Below are positions 19,001 through 29,128 of a stretch of DNA of 57,588 nucleotides, piece by piece; position 1 is the first letter of the stretch, and each line of letters begins with the position of its first letter. The position numbers were made by a program, and so were the translations under genes. The stretch lies in NCBI GenBank assembly GCA_007120695.1, contig SKND01000403.1, positions 1 to 57,588 of the forward strand, in the 5' to 3' direction. The notes below the pieces were generated by a model. The model was not told the DNA's origin, did no database searches, and saw only the letters and a program-made list of their open reading frames with translations. Origin of the DNA: Bacteroidales bacterium (GTDB lineage: Bacteria > Bacteroidota > Bacteroidia > Bacteroidales > PUMT01).

Positions 19001-19960
19001 CTATTTGCAGAATGCATTTTTTCCGGGCCTGAATCCTCTTAAAAACTCGGCCCCGGTCATTTCCCTTTTTCCCTCAGGTTTGACAAGCTGAAGCAATACC
19101 GCACCTCCGGAAACTACTACAGCAGGTTCATCACCGATTGCTATAATACTTCCTGGTTCAGGAAGACCGCCAGCTGCGGCTTTGTCAACCATGAGCACTT
19201 TAAGTTGAATCTCTCTCTCTCCGTCCACCACGACTGTCCACGCCCCCGGCCACGGACTCAGTCCCCGAACAAAATCGTGAACCCTGCCGGCCTCTGCCAT
19301 CCAGTTTATGCGGCAATCATTTCTTGATATTTTAGGTGCAGCAGGTATATTGCCGGCAGATACCAGTGAGGCCTGGGAAACCGGCTCAATTGAACCTTTA
19401 GAAATTTTATCTACCGTTTCAATAAGAAGATCTGCTCCTGTTGTCATCAACCTGTCGTGAAGTTCGCCGGCAGTTTCTTTTTCGCCGATTTCAGTTTTCT
19501 TCTGAAGAAGTACTTTTCCGGTATCAATCTCTTTTTCTATAAAAAAAGTAGTTACGCCGGTAATCCTCTCACCGTTTATAATGACGTGATTAATCGGAGC
19601 GGCACCACGGTAATATGGTAAAATAGATGCATGGAGATTAATGGTGCCTATAGGGGGTATGGACCATATCTTCTCAGGAAGCATTCTAAAAGCAACAACC
19701 ACAAAAAGGTCGGCCGACAAACTCCTGAGATCGCCGGCAAATTTCTCATCTTTAAGGTTCGGGGGTTGCAATACCGGGATATTATAATTAACAGCGGCAA
19801 TTTTGACTTCCGGTTCCCTCACCTTCAGTCCGCGCCCGGAAGCCTTATCAGGTGCAGTTACGACAGCTAAAACAGGAAAACCGTTCTGGATCAGTTTTTC
19901 CAGTGTAGGAACAGCAAATCGGGGTGTTCCCATGAATACTATTCGCGGTTTTTTCAACAT
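19001..19960 (-). CDS. fmt: Methionyl-tRNA formyltransferase
   Basis: 319 aa with N-terminal RIVFMGTP and the motif NLHASILPYYRGAAPI. Confidence 0.93.
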   Translation of the reverse strand: MLKKPRIVFMGTPRFAVPTLEKLIQNGFPVLAVVTAPDKASGRGLKVREPEVKIAAVNYNIPVLQPPNLKDEKFAGDLRSLSADLFVVVAFRMLPEKIWSIPPIGTINLHASILPYYRGAAPINHVIINGERITGVTTFFIEKEIDTGKVLLQKKTEIGEKETAGELHDRLMTTGADLLIETVDKISKGSIEPVSQASLVSAGNIPAAPKISRNDCRINWMAEAGRVHDFVRGLSPWPGAWTVVVDGEREIQLKVLMVDKAAAGGLPEPGSIIAIGDEPAVVVSGGAVLLQLVKPEGKREMTGAEFLRGFRPGKNAFCK

Positions 19961-19973
19961 TAAAAACAGTTAA

Positions 19974-21242
19974 CTATTTATCCGGATTTCCTTCTGATTC
20001 ATCAGGCTTTACAAGGTCCAGCAAGTGGCCCATCTTATCGCGTTTCGTAACCAGGTAAGTGTAATTATGCTTATTTGTCAGCGATTTCATATGGATTGTT
20101 TCAACAATTTCAAGTCCGTACCCTTCAAGACCCTTGCGTTTGAATGGATTGTTGGCGATCAGTTTTAACTTGCCTACTCCCAGTTCATGCAGAATATTGG
20201 CACCCACTCCGAAATCGCGTTCATCCTCATTGAAACCCAGGTTTATATTGGCCTGTATAGTATCAAAACCCTCCTCCTGCAGCTTGTATGCTGCCATTTT
20301 ATTGAACAATCCAATGCCCCTTCCCTCCTGGTTGAGATAAACAAGTACTCCCCGGCCTTGTTTCTGTATCATCTTCAGCGCCTCATGCAACTGGTTTCCG
20401 CAATCACAACGCATTGAACCGAATATATCTCCTGTCACACATGAAGAGTGCACCCTTACCAGAACCGGATCATCATATGTCCATTTTCCCTTGATGATTG
20501 CTACATGTTCAGTACCATTAGATTTCTGCCTGAAAGGGACCAGGTGAAACTCCCCGTATTTAGTAGGAAGCTTAACCTCCACTCCCTTTTCAACAATGCT
20601 TTCATCCTGGAGTCTGTATGCGATCAGTTTTTCTATGCTGATGATCTTTAGATTGAACTGATCGGCAATTTCAATTAACTCAGGTAAACGTGCCATGGAT
20701 CCATCCTGATTCATAATCTCAACCAGAACACCGCCAGGTTTCAACCCTGCGAGAATTGAAAGATCCACTGCTGCTTCAGTATGCCCTGAACGCCTCAATA
20801 CACCTTTGCTTTTGGATTTTAGAGGAAAGACATGACCGGGCCTGGCAAGATCTTCGGGACTGGTTTCCGGATCTACAAGAGCATTAATTGTCTTAGCCCG
20901 GTCAGAGGCTGAGATCCCTGTAGTACATCCCTTTCCTATCAGATCGACAGAAACTGTAAATGCAGTCTCATGCAATGAAGTATTCTTCCCTACCATCAAC
21001 TCAAGCTCAAGCTCTTCAGTACGTTCTTCCGGTAATGCAGCACAAATCAATCCACGTCCGTGGGTTGCCATAAAATTAACAATATCGGGTGTGGTCAGTT
21101 CAGCTGCGGCGACAAAATCACCTTCATTCTCCCGGTCCTCATCATCAACCACGATAATGACCTTGCCATTTTTTATATCTTCAATAGCTTCTTCGATTGA
21201 ATTCAGTTTTCTACTGATTCCTTCTTGTTGGTTGCCAGACAT
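19974..21242 (-). CDS. ribBA: Bifunctional 3,4-dihydroxy-2-butanone-4-phosphate synthase / GTP cyclohydrolase II
   Basis: 422 aa. The DHBPS motif is [11 protein letters not shown]. The GCH-II zinc site is [20 protein letters not shown]. Confidence 0.95.
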   Translation of the reverse strand: MSGNQQEGISRKLNSIEEAIEDIKNGKVIIVVDDEDRENEGDFVAAAELTTPDIVNFMATHGRGLICAALPEERTEELELELMVGKNTSLHETAFTVSVDLIGKGCTTGISASDRAKTINALVDPETSPEDLARPGHVFPLKSKSKGVLRRSGHTEAAVDLSILAGLKPGGVLVEIMNQDGSMARLPELIEIADQFNLKIISIEKLIAYRLQDESIVEKGVEVKLPTKYGEFHLVPFRQKSNGTEHVAIIKGKWTYDDPVLVRVHSSCVTGDIFGSMRCDCGNQLHEALKMIQKQGRGVLVYLNQEGRGIGLFNKMAAYKLQEEGFDTIQANINLGFNEDERDFGVGANILHELGVGKLKLIANNPFKRKGLEGYGLEIVETIHMKSLTNKHNYTYLVTKRDKMGHLLDLVKPDESEGNPDK

Positions 21243-22380
21243 TTGATTTTACTCCTTTCAGAAATTTTATAAACCCAACCACAAGGGCCAGGTTCATACT
21301 TAAAAAGTGTGTAACAAAGCGCAAAATTATAATATGAATTTTGATTTTCCCCAATAAATAATCAATTATTGGCAAAACCAAAATAATTAACTCAATTCCA
21401 AGTATATATCTAAACAAAATATTTTCCCTGCTCAACAAGATGCTGGTAATAAAAACCAGTGCCATAAACAACGGACCAATCCATCGCAGGACTTTATGTG
21501 AAAAAAAGGATAATGATAAACCCGGAACAGAAGAACATATGCAATTTCTAAAATGCATTAAATTCTGAAAGTTACCTGTGGCTATCCTTATCTTCCGTCT
21601 GAATTCTTCTCCCAGACTGTTTGAGACATCCTCATAAACATGTGCATCAGGTTCCAGTATTGCTTTATGTCCGGAAAGAATTACATTCATATTAATATAA
21701 AAATCATCTACAAGGTAAGTTACGGGGACGTCCCGGTATAGTTTTCTTTTTATAGCATAACAACCACCAAATGGTCCCATCATGGTTCCCCATATAATTC
21801 CTTCAAGGAACTTTGTTTCAACCTCCCTGGTTACATATGAGTTCTCCTGAACCGATATTCCACTTCTCTTAAGACCCTTATGCTTCATATTAGAATCAAC
21901 AAGCCCGATATCATTATTTCTAAAATGTTTTAATAACTGGTAAATCGTTTCCCGGCCAAACAGGACATTCGCATCGGTAATAATCAGTATCTCCTTATCT
22001 GACATTCTGACAAGATCATTGATGATGGCTGATTTTCCCCTCCTGGCCAGGAATGTTACAAATCTCAGGCAGGCAAGTGATGCAGTAAGTTTCTCCAGAA
22101 TCTCATTTGTATTGTCTGTTGATGCATCTGATCCCACCAGTATTTCAATTTTCCCTTCAGGAATATTATTGGAAACTATACTGCTTATCTTCTCCTCAAG
22201 TACATTCTGCTCATTGTGAACTGCCATAATTACCGAAACACCTGGTAATTCCCGGGCTGAAGAGTAAGTATTATTATTGATCAGTTTCCCTGATCCAATT
22301 AGCTTCAGGATTGCAGGATACAGAATATATGTATGCAGCAGGGCCAATATTGAAATCCAGAAGAGTATGAGGGCAGTCAT
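21211..22380 (-). CDS. Family 2 glycosyltransferase with N- and C-terminal TM helices
   Basis: 389 aa with motifs [19 protein letters not shown] and ITDANV. Its 3' end overlaps the ribBA start by 32 nt. Confidence 0.8.
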   Translation of the reverse strand: MTALILFWISILALLHTYILYPAILKLIGSGKLINNNTYSSARELPGVSVIMAVHNEQNVLEEKISSIVSNNIPEGKIEILVGSDASTDNTNEILEKLTASLACLRFVTFLARRGKSAIINDLVRMSDKEILIITDANVLFGRETIYQLLKHFRNNDIGLVDSNMKHKGLKRSGISVQENSYVTREVETKFLEGIIWGTMMGPFGGCYAIKRKLYRDVPVTYLVDDFYINMNVILSGHKAILEPDAHVYEDVSNSLGEEFRRKIRIATGNFQNLMHFRNCICSSVPGLSLSFFSHKVLRWIGPLFMALVFITSILLSRENILFRYILGIELIILVLPIIDYLLGKIKIHIIILRFVTHFLSMNLALVVGFIKFLKGVKSNVWQPTRRNQ

Positions 22381-23585
22381 TGAACACTGTTTTTATAAAA
22401 GGCAGTAAGTTTACCGGTAATAACCCTGTTATCAAAATTTTCAAGAGCGAATTCCCTTGCATTCCTGCCAATCCTGGAAGAAAAATCCGGATCCCTGAGC
22501 ATTCTGGAAACAGAACCAGCAAAATCATCTTCATTGTCAGCCAAAAGCAAATGCCTGCCATTTTCAACAGGAATACCCGTTACCGCAAAAGATGTAGCCA
22601 CTACCGGTTTTCCCATAAGCATCGCTTCAATTATCCTGACTCTTATACCACTGCCTGCAAACAAAGGAACCACTAATATACCACTTTGCATAAGATATTT
22701 AGCTGCGCTCCCCACCTCTCCCCTGAAATCAACACCATTTTTGACAAGATTCCTGGCATAACCTCTTTCTGAATTTCTGCCTGCAACCATAAAAATCGCA
22801 TCGTCAACCTCACTCTTAACCCTGGCCCATACCCTGTCAATAAACCAGTCCAGTCCGTCGATATTGGGCTTCCAGTCTAGTGCCCCTATATACTGAATAG
22901 TAGGCTCTCTTTTTTCATTCTTTCTGCAAAAAGGTATCTCAGATGGATACATACCAAATGTGGCAACAAAAGATTCTTTTGTATTTCCCATTTTGTCAAG
23001 ATACATTTTGTCTTCTGTTGTTATAGGGACGAGAAGGTCGTATCGGTTTATGAATTCCTGCTCAAATTTTTGAATTCTTTTGTACAATATTCTATAATAC
23101 CAGCGTCTGAAAGGATTTTTTTCCCGTCTCCAGAACCCTTTCCATATGATATGTTCAATATTGTGTGCACGGTAAGATACCAGTGCAGCAGAATTTTCTC
23201 TTATTGTCTCTATGTAGGGAGCAAGATATAATCCCTCAAGCTGCACAACATCATACGAAGACTCCCGAAGCATCTGTATTAAAGCCTTGCTAAAATCAGC
23301 TGAAATAAACCTTGTTGAATTATACGGCAGGGTTGAGAAAAAAAGATTTCTTATTATATCCCGGAAACTGGGGGAAGTTTCGACAAAAACTTTTATTGTT
23401 TTGTTTACACCGGCGACAGCACTTTCCGGCATTCCTTCAAAAATGTAGTGCTTACTTGTATTCATTGCCAGCAGGTCAACCTGATTCCCGTTGTCTGCAA
23501 GACCGGCAGCCATATTATAGCTGGCGAGTGAACCTCCGTCTTTAGGGGGGGAGGGGAACTTGTTGGTAACCAGCAAAATTTTCAT
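22377..23585 (-). CDS. Family 4 (GT-B, group 1) glycosyltransferase
   Basis: 402 aa with the C-terminal GT1 signature (GSGIRVRIIEAMLMGKPVVAT). It has 4-nt overlaps with both neighbouring genes. Confidence 0.85.
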   Translation of the reverse strand: MKILLVTNKFPSPPKDGGSLASYNMAAGLADNGNQVDLLAMNTSKHYIFEGMPESAVAGVNKTIKVFVETSPSFRDIIRNLFFSTLPYNSTRFISADFSKALIQMLRESSYDVVQLEGLYLAPYIETIRENSAALVSYRAHNIEHIIWKGFWRREKNPFRRWYYRILYKRIQKFEQEFINRYDLLVPITTEDKMYLDKMGNTKESFVATFGMYPSEIPFCRKNEKREPTIQYIGALDWKPNIDGLDWFIDRVWARVKSEVDDAIFMVAGRNSERGYARNLVKNGVDFRGEVGSAAKYLMQSGILVVPLFAGSGIRVRIIEAMLMGKPVVATSFAVTGIPVENGRHLLLADNEDDFAGSVSRMLRDPDFSSRIGRNAREFALENFDNRVITGKLTAFYKNSVQ

Positions 23586-25066
23586 ATTTGTGGCTGGGTC
23601 TTTCCTGTGTACTGTCTTATCAATCCGGTCAGAAATACTGAAATTTTCTTGTAGAAGTTAAAATATGTTTCGGTGTTCATAATTACAGAATCTGTTGTGG
23701 CCTTATAGGTCAGGAATATACCAAGAGGAAGAAGAATAATGCTGGATATCCACATTCCCGGAAAAGGAGGTATAACAAGCTCACGCACAAACTTCAGTGC
23801 TGAAATATCAATCACGTAATAGAGTACAAAAAACAAAACCGAAACCACAACAGGCATTCCCAGCCCTCCTTTTCTTATGATAGCCCCAAGAGGTGCCCCT
23901 ATAAAGAAGAATATGAAGCAGGCAAAAGAGAGGGTATATTTCCGGTGCCACTCTATCTCATAGCGTCTTATCAGTTTATTTTTCCAGTCAAAATTGGTTT
24001 TGGTAGATATAATCTGATTCCTGGCAAGTCTTGCATCCACCATAGCCTGATCCCATGCCCTTCTTCTCTGGTCCTGGGTTAGGCTCTCTTCCACCTCAAA
24101 TATATCCAGGGATTTTTTTTCGACATTATCAACTGTATCATTTATAATCCGTCTGTATGCCTCCTGCTTGAAAAAAGTTGACTTTACCAGCGATTCAGTA
24201 TGTTCCCTGACAATTCTAGAACGATCTTTACTAAGAGAGTCGGTTGTCATTTCAAGCTGGCTGAGGTTCATCATCTGTGAGTTATGCCTGAAAGCTTCCT
24301 CATCTGTTCTCTGCAGGTCAAAACCGGAAAGTTCAATTAAAAGAATCTGTTCACCGAATATGTCATTTCGGTGAGGGAATGATCGGGTCTGGCTCTGTCC
24401 TCCCCTCTGAATCATCTCTTCATAATTATAACCACTGTACAGTGTTGTTACAAGGTGGGATTTGTCTTCAGTTATCCTCATGAATCCGGAGTCGGCCAGT
24501 GTAACCTTAAGATTTCCCCTCCTGTCAGTGTGATCATATATCTTTATATCGTACATCATATTAGTACGGTGATCCTTATCGGCTACCTTTATGCTGTAAT
24601 TATCAATACCGTTATAGAAAATTCCCTCACGGATCTGCATTTCCGGTCTTTGCTGTTGCACATCATAAAGAAGTGATCTCATCTTCAGGTTTGTATACGG
24701 AAGTACATTGTTAGAAAAATAAAATGCACCTACACTCATCAGAATTGTCAAAATAATAAGAGGGCTCATAATCCTCTGCAGCGATATTCCTGCCGATTTA
24801 AGTGCGGTAAGTTCAAAATTCTCTCCAAGGTTACCAAAAGTCATCAGCGATGACAACAGAATAGCCAGCGGAAGTGCCAGAGGTACAAGCCCTGCTGATG
24901 TGTAAAGCAATAATTCGGATATAACAGATAATTCGAGCCCTTTACCTATAAGATCGTCTATATACTTCCAGAGAAACTGCATCAGAAGTACAAAGACCAC
25001 TACAAAAAAGGTGGAAACCAGCGGTCCTATGTAAGACTTTATCACAAACAGATGAAGCTTTTTCAT
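23582..25066 (-). CDS. LptF/LptG-family (YjgP/YjgQ) permease, long form
   Basis: It has three TM helices at each end and a large central soluble domain. The start is taken at MKKLHLFVIKSY. Confidence 0.8.
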   Translation of the reverse strand: MKKLHLFVIKSYIGPLVSTFFVVVFVLLMQFLWKYIDDLIGKGLELSVISELLLYTSAGLVPLALPLAILLSSLMTFGNLGENFELTALKSAGISLQRIMSPLIILTILMSVGAFYFSNNVLPYTNLKMRSLLYDVQQQRPEMQIREGIFYNGIDNYSIKVADKDHRTNMMYDIKIYDHTDRRGNLKVTLADSGFMRITEDKSHLVTTLYSGYNYEEMIQRGGQSQTRSFPHRNDIFGEQILLIELSGFDLQRTDEEAFRHNSQMMNLSQLEMTTDSLSKDRSRIVREHTESLVKSTFFKQEAYRRIINDTVDNVEKKSLDIFEVEESLTQDQRRRAWDQAMVDARLARNQIISTKTNFDWKNKLIRRYEIEWHRKYTLSFACFIFFFIGAPLGAIIRKGGLGMPVVVSVLFFVLYYVIDISALKFVRELVIPPFPGMWISSIILLPLGIFLTYKATTDSVIMNTETYFNFYKKISVFLTGLIRQYTGKTQPQI

Positions 25067-25238
25067 AAAATTATGTAAATACCTTTTTGATCTCACCGGT
25101 AACGGCCAATATGGTGTTGCCGGTAAGATAAAACGGTAATCCGGTTAAATTTATGCTTCCCGAGTGCAAAAATAAACCTTTTGAGGATAAATTGAAGATC
25201 TGTAAAAACATATGGAAACAAAACAATAAAACCCGCAA

Positions 25239-25616
25239 TCAGAGTCCCATTGTATGCTTTAATCTTGAAATCTGTGAGTCCCAAAGATCCCTGGTATCAT
25301 CGGCATCATCATCATCGGCGAAATCTGTTATTTCAAGTGCAACATCCCCGGTGAGCTCATGCTGATTGATCTTGAATTCAAAAAATAAATCCTTATCATC
25401 GTTTTCCATCCAGCGAAAGCGAATGAATTTATTTTCTTTCTGAGAAATCATCTCAGCTTTCTCTTCTGATCCCTCCCAAATAAATGTAAAGATATTACCC
25501 TTAAGGTTGACATCTTCTGCAAACCATTCAGATAATCCGGAAGGAGTGCTTAGCCTTTTATATAAAACACTGGGTGAGGAATTGATTGTGTATTCCAGTT
25601 TTAGTTTATTCTTCAT
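25239..25616 (-). CDS. SRPBCC/START-like (AHSA1-type) small protein with an acidic C-terminal part
   Basis: 125 aa whose N-terminal region (LEYTINSSPSVLYKRLSTPSGLSEWFA) is typical of the START-like fold family. This is a family-level call only. Confidence 0.6.
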   Translation of the reverse strand: MKNKLKLEYTINSSPSVLYKRLSTPSGLSEWFAEDVNLKGNIFTFIWEGSEEKAEMISQKENKFIRFRWMENDDKDLFFEFKINQHELTGDVALEITDFADDDDADDTRDLWDSQISRLKHTMGL

Positions 25617-25970
25617 TTGTTTATATTAACTAATTCTGACTAATTATCACTCACATACAATTAATTTTGATCATATGCCTTCTTTGTACATGAGTAGTCA
25701 ATATCCTTAAATCTATTAAATATAATATGCGATGCGTTGAATATTTCACGAATCGGTACATATTGCAATATAGAAAAATTATGGAATATAAAAAATCTAA
25801 AATGTATGCTATTTAGATATCCACTGAAAAATAACTGAATGCCAGGCATTTTGATAATTTAGAATTGCCGTTACCTGCTGAATTACCTGATAACTCCTTA
25901 ATTTATTGTATATTTTGCACAATGAACTAAATATTCATTAAAATGATCCTTTCTAAAATAAAAAAGTTAT

Positions 25971-25978
25971 TATATTTG
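25971..25978 (+). promoter_or_regulatory. -7 promoter box TATATTTG upstream of the tRNA
   Basis: TAnnTTTG match 72 nt upstream of tRNA position 1. Confidence 0.4.
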
Positions 25979-26050
25979 CAGCCGCGATAAAAACAGACAG
26001 ATATTTCAAGTCAAATATCAAAATTGTTTAAATCGTTCTTATGTAATAAT

Positions 26051-26124
26051 GGCGAGGTAGCTCAGGTGGTTAGAGCGCATGATTCATAATCATGAGGTCG
26101 GGAGTTCAAGTCTCCCTCTCGCTA
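26051..26124 (+). tRNA. tRNA with a CAU anticodon (elongator tRNA-Met, or tRNA-Ile2 if lysidine-modified). CCA is not encoded.
   Basis: Hand-folded cloverleaf: acceptor GGCGAGG/TCTCGCT with two G-U pairs, D arm GCTC-AGGTGGTTA-GAGC, anticodon arm CATGA-TTCATAA-TCATG, variable loop AGGTC, and T arm GGGAG-TTCAAGT-CTCCC. The anticodon stem lacks the three G-C pairs of an initiator tRNA. Confidence 0.9.
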
Positions 26125-26136
26125 CAAGAAAATCAA

Positions 26137-26170
26137 GCACTTACAAAGTCAATTTGTAGGTGCTTTTTTA
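26137..26170 (+). terminator. Rho-independent terminator after the tRNA
   Basis: The stem GCACTTACAAA (26137-26147) with TTTGTAGGTGC (26153-26163) contains one G-U pair. It is followed by TTTTTTA. Confidence 0.75.
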
Positions 26171-26234
26171 TTCTCTTAAAAAGCAAAAGGGCTAAAATTG
26201 AAACTTTTTCAAGGTATCCTCAGGCCTGCTATTT

Positions 26235-26852
26235 TTAGTTACTCTCCTTCAACCTTTTGACCTCATTGAAGTGTTCCATTACAAGCTTCTCTCTTTTCTC
26301 CCTGGAGCTGATTCTGTAGCTTTCAAACTCCTGGTTTAGATCTTCAAGCTCCTGGAGGGTTTTTGAGGTTACTAACCGGTTTTTTGAGAATATAAGGAAA
26401 CCGAGTACAAGCAGGGTGGCGAGAGCGGCAATAATAATCCATACTAAAAAATTATATCCGGTTTTATTCATAGGAATACCCAGAAATGCTATACTGTCCC
26501 TGTTCTTTATAGCAAGGTCCCTATCGCTGCGGGTATCTTCCAGGAGAGCCGATAAGGAATCTATCTCAGAATTCAAATTGTTAATCTCGGCAGTAAGTGA
26601 TCCTATCTCTCTTTTGGTATTAACAAGTGAATCAAGTGAATTATTCCTGATCTTTTGAAACATGTCCTCCCTGATAGCCCTGAAATTATCATAAATCCTG
26701 GTTCTCTCCTGGATATAGTCCATTTGTTCCTGTATTGTTCCTGTTTCAAGTACCTCGGGCATGCCAGTTTGTCCCTGAAGCGGATTGGAAATCTTAATCG
26801 TAATAATCAGAATTATAACTGCGATGTGCTTGATTTTAACTGAAGTTGACAT
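26235..26852 (-). CDS. Hypothetical coiled-coil protein with an N-terminal signal or anchor and one internal TM helix
   Basis: 205 aa with heptad-like regions (LTAEINNLNSEIDSLSALLED), a TM segment (FLVWIIIAALATLLVLGFLIF), and a charged C-terminal helix. No family was recognised. Confidence 0.6.
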   Translation of the reverse strand: MSTSVKIKHIAVIILIITIKISNPLQGQTGMPEVLETGTIQEQMDYIQERTRIYDNFRAIREDMFQKIRNNSLDSLVNTKREIGSLTAEINNLNSEIDSLSALLEDTRSDRDLAIKNRDSIAFLGIPMNKTGYNFLVWIIIAALATLLVLGFLIFSKNRLVTSKTLQELEDLNQEFESYRISSREKREKLVMEHFNEVKRLKESN

Positions 26853-26964
26853 AATACTTTTATTAATTTAACATATTAAAATATATCTATTACTAACAGC
26901 AAATACTCCGGATATATTATTCCAGAAGGGACGACAATTTAATATTATTTAAGAAATCTTTTAA

Positions 26965-27672
26965 CTACCTGTTTACCAGCGCCTTTCTTATAGCCTCCTC
27001 GGCCAGTGGTCCCATAACAAGGTATCCTTCCTGCGTAGGATGTACTTCATCGTGGGTATAAGATCTTTTCAGTCCGTTGCGATCATCAACCATAGCAGTA
27101 AAATAATCAAGGTAAATATGACCTTGTTCACAGGCATATGACTTAATCCAACTGTTAAGCTCAACTACTTTGCCGGCAGGCTCAAGTCCAGGCCTCCATG
27201 GAAAATCATATGCCGGCAGAACAGAACTAAGTACAACCCTGATATTATTGGCATGTGCTATCTCAGTCATCGAAGCTATATTGTCCTGTATCATTTCAAT
27301 AGTGGAGGGTCCGGTATTTCCGGCAATATCATTGATGCCAGCCAGTATGACAACAGCTGCCGGCTTAAGATTTACTACATCGGCACGGAACCTGACAAGC
27401 ATCTGCGGGGTAGTTTGTCCGCTTATCCCACGGTTTATCCAGGGCCGCCCTTCGAAAAATTCAGGGACAGCCCTGATCCATCCCTCAGTAATCGAGTTCC
27501 CCATAAAAACAACCCGCTTTTCATTTTCCAGCGGAGGGCCAAGGGTTTTGTTTTCTTCGCTGTATCTTTCAAAATCCGGCCAGTCACCGGCCGGTACCTG
27601 CTGTGCAAACATATCACATAACTTTAAAAGGATGACCAGCATGAAAACCGTTCTTAAAATTGCTCCGGACAT
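26965..27672 (-). CDS. SGNH/GDSL-family hydrolase (esterase)
   Basis: 235 aa with a signal peptide. Block I is FMGNSITEGW, followed by GINDI, and the C-terminal D-x-x-H is DEVHPT. Confidence 0.85.
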   Translation of the reverse strand: MSGAILRTVFMLVILLKLCDMFAQQVPAGDWPDFERYSEENKTLGPPLENEKRVVFMGNSITEGWIRAVPEFFEGRPWINRGISGQTTPQMLVRFRADVVNLKPAAVVILAGINDIAGNTGPSTIEMIQDNIASMTEIAHANNIRVVLSSVLPAYDFPWRPGLEPAGKVVELNSWIKSYACEQGHIYLDYFTAMVDDRNGLKRSYTHDEVHPTQEGYLVMGPLAEEAIRKALVNR

Positions 27673-27786
27673 AATTTTGGATTATATTGCAATATAAAAA
27701 GTAAATTGATCTCAAATTTACTGCAAACTGGCAAAAAACAGACAAGATATCTGCAATAATTACCCTGTTACCAAAAATAAAACAGT

Positions 27787-29085
27787 ATGCGTACAACAAC
27801 TTACCTTCTGACCATAATATTAGTAACCATACTCCTGTTCTGGTCCTGCAGCTTTGAGCAGCAAAACAACCGGGTACCCCAAACCTTCACTGAGGTATCA
27901 GACCTGTCAGTTGCGGGCTTTTGCCCGGAAAGGCTCGCCCGGATAGATTCACTGCTTGAAGGATATATCAGGCAGGGTTTACTGCCAAATGCCGTTACCT
28001 TTGTTGCCAGAAACGGCAAAATTATCCATCACAAAGCTTATGGTTTCAGCGACATAGAATCAGGAACCCCTTTAAAACCAGACGACATCTTCAGGATCGC
28101 ATCACAAACCAAGGCAATAACTACAGCCGCACTTATGACTCTTTACGAGGAGGGGATGTTCCTGCTGGATGATCCTCTTTCCAAATATATCCCGGAGTTC
28201 AGGAATCCGGCGGTGCTGACTTCATTCAATGAAACAGACACAACATTTACCACAAGACCTGCCGAAAGGGAGATAACCATAAGGCACCTTCTTAACCACA
28301 CTTCAGGAATTCATTACGGGATACTTGGCGAGGGGCCCGGCAATATGATGTTCGCCAAAGAGGGTATCCCGGCTGTTAACTCAATGGATCCGGTCACTAT
28401 TGGCGAAATCGCGCTCAGGATAGCACGAATGCCGCTATTGTCTGATCCGGGTGAAAGGTACCTTTACGGCATGAATACAGACATTGCCGGTTATCTTATC
28501 GAGATACTTTCAGGAAAGCCCCTCGATGTTTTTCTGAGGGAAAGGATACTTAAACCACTGGGAATGAACGATACCTGGTTCTACCTTCCCCCTGAAAAGG
28601 CCGGCCGGCTTGTCACACTCTATACACCGGGACCGGAAGGGCCTGTACTCCACCCAAACGAAACATACCGTAATTACCCGGTAGAGGGGGCACGGATGTT
28701 TTTTTCAGGAGGAGCGGGACTTAGCGGACCGGTGGAGGACTATGCCCGTTTTCTGCAGATGATGATAAACAATGGCAAATTTAACGGAAACAGGATACTT
28801 TCCCGTAAAACAATAGAGCTGATGACCACCAACCAGATAGGCAACCTGGATTACGGGTCATGGGGAAGGCGGTTCGGGCTCGGATTTGATCTTTGGAACG
28901 GGCAGACCCCCGGACACCATCTCGGTTCAGAGGGGGCATTCAAATGGGGCGGGCTGTATTACACCGACTACCTGGCAGATCCTGAGGAAGGCATGATATT
29001 GTTGTTTTACACCAATATACAGCCCTACAGGGGACCAAATATTCATGAGACGTTCCACAATCTTGTATACCAGGCTCTGGAATGA
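27787..29085 (+). CDS. Serine hydrolase of the beta-lactamase / class C transpeptidase fold
   Basis: 432 aa with a lipoprotein-like signal (LFWSC), the S-x-x-K motif (ASQTKAIT), and a Y-x-N-like region. Confidence 0.85.
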   Translation: MRTTTYLLTIILVTILLFWSCSFEQQNNRVPQTFTEVSDLSVAGFCPERLARIDSLLEGYIRQGLLPNAVTFVARNGKIIHHKAYGFSDIESGTPLKPDDIFRIASQTKAITTAALMTLYEEGMFLLDDPLSKYIPEFRNPAVLTSFNETDTTFTTRPAEREITIRHLLNHTSGIHYGILGEGPGNMMFAKEGIPAVNSMDPVTIGEIALRIARMPLLSDPGERYLYGMNTDIAGYLIEILSGKPLDVFLRERILKPLGMNDTWFYLPPEKAGRLVTLYTPGPEGPVLHPNETYRNYPVEGARMFFSGGAGLSGPVEDYARFLQMMINNGKFNGNRILSRKTIELMTTNQIGNLDYGSWGRRFGLGFDLWNGQTPGHHLGSEGAFKWGGLYYTDYLADPEEGMILLFYTNIQPYRGPNIHETFHNLVYQALE

Positions 29086-29128
29086 TTTAAACTCGGGCAA
29101 ATATGCCAAATTGTTGGAGAACTGTCTG

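Noticed and set aside
21243-21400. An FMN riboswitch upstream of ribBA.
   Set aside because: The region is fully occupied by the 3' end of the GT2 coding sequence, and no RFN-like conserved blocks are present.
25661-25849. A 62-aa ORF in the AT-rich spacer upstream of the tRNA, and the neighbouring 63-aa ORF at 25093-25284.
   Set aside because: Their composition is driven by AT-rich intergenic DNA. They have no promoter or start context and no recognisable fold.
26051-27700. The tRNA as an integration hot spot or the boundary of a genomic island.
   Set aside because: There is no integrase. I found no direct repeat of the tRNA 3' end downstream. The downstream genes are ordinary envelope and hydrolase genes.
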